This document shows, piece by piece, positions 63,591 to 64,000 of a DNA stretch of 64,000 bases (its first letter is position 1; every line of letters begins with the position of its first letter). The translations under genes and the position numbers were made by a program. The DNA lies in contig NC_090597.1 of the NCBI RefSeq assembly GCF_000497125.1, forward strand, positions 124,001-188,000, in the 5' to 3' direction. The DNA comes from Spironucleus salmonicida. Its lineage: Eukaryota. Under the pieces are notes generated by a model. It searched no databases. It was not told the origin of the DNA and saw only the letters and a program-made list of their open reading frames with translations.

Positions 63591-64000
63591 ATCTTTATCT
63601 CATTGGTGACTAGAGTTTTTGTGCCCTTATTACATCTGGTTGAAGCGTTGTTTGGAAAACCATTTAATTTATATAATATGAGCAGGAACAGATTCATTTT
63701 GTGGAGATTATGACATGCCTGGTGGAAGCATATTTTGGGGAAGTTCCCTTTTATTAAGACAATAAATGATGGAAGACAAAGATAAATAAAATATAATTAA
63801 GGTTGCAAATTAAAATTAATCTATTATTGAATATGTTGATAGGATATATTAAAAATAAACTTTAACTGTAAAAAAACGATTCAAATTTATGTTTAAATTA
63901 TAATAATTAGACACAGCAGATGTATTAAATTTTTATAATATAAAATTAATTTTTATAGTCTGAGTAATAATTATAATAATTTATTTGATACTGATAGAAT

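Noticed and set aside
1-64000. Treating the many short track ORFs as separate small genes or TAA/TAG-disrupted pseudogenes
   Set aside because: They join into long coherent proteins when TAA/TAG are read as Gln, including within conserved motifs.
1-64000. CRISPR arrays, rRNA, tRNA, prokaryotic promoters/terminators
   Set aside because: None seen; the sequence is eukaryotic and the periodicity comes from Cys-codon repeats.

Overview
Eukaryotic, AT-rich, intron-poor protist DNA using the non-canonical nuclear code TAA/TAG=Gln with TGA as the only stop (translation table 6). The supplied ORF track is therefore fragmented, and all calls here were re-translated by hand. The code, the AGTGA motif overlapping or directly following most stop codons, C-rich elements before GC-rich genes and many CxxC-rich membrane proteins point to a hexamitid diplomonad, most likely Spironucleus (salmonicida-like). 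The window is a dynamic surface-antigen region with about 14 cysteine-rich membrane protein (CRMP, VSP-like) genes and relics. It also holds three identical histone H2A genes ending SQDQ, two diverged palmitoyl-protein thioesterases, a GH20 hexosaminidase-like gene lacking key catalytic residues, an 853-aa Cdc7-like kinase, a GST/eEF1-gamma-like gene and several hypotheticals. Architecture: three large inverted repeats (arms about 1.7, 4.45 and 1.3 kb), a direct duplication of at least 5.5 kb at 25 kb spacing, and a diverged ~2.1 kb direct duplication. In several of these, perfect identity stops abruptly inside genes while diverged homology continues, the signature expected from arm-to-arm gene conversion. 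The last 3.5 kb, nearly empty in the ORF track, hide a decayed protein-primed family B DNA polymerase (Polinton/Maverick- or virus-like) with Exo I-III and polymerase motifs A-C still recognisable in order. No databases were searched; family assignments rest on remembered motifs.
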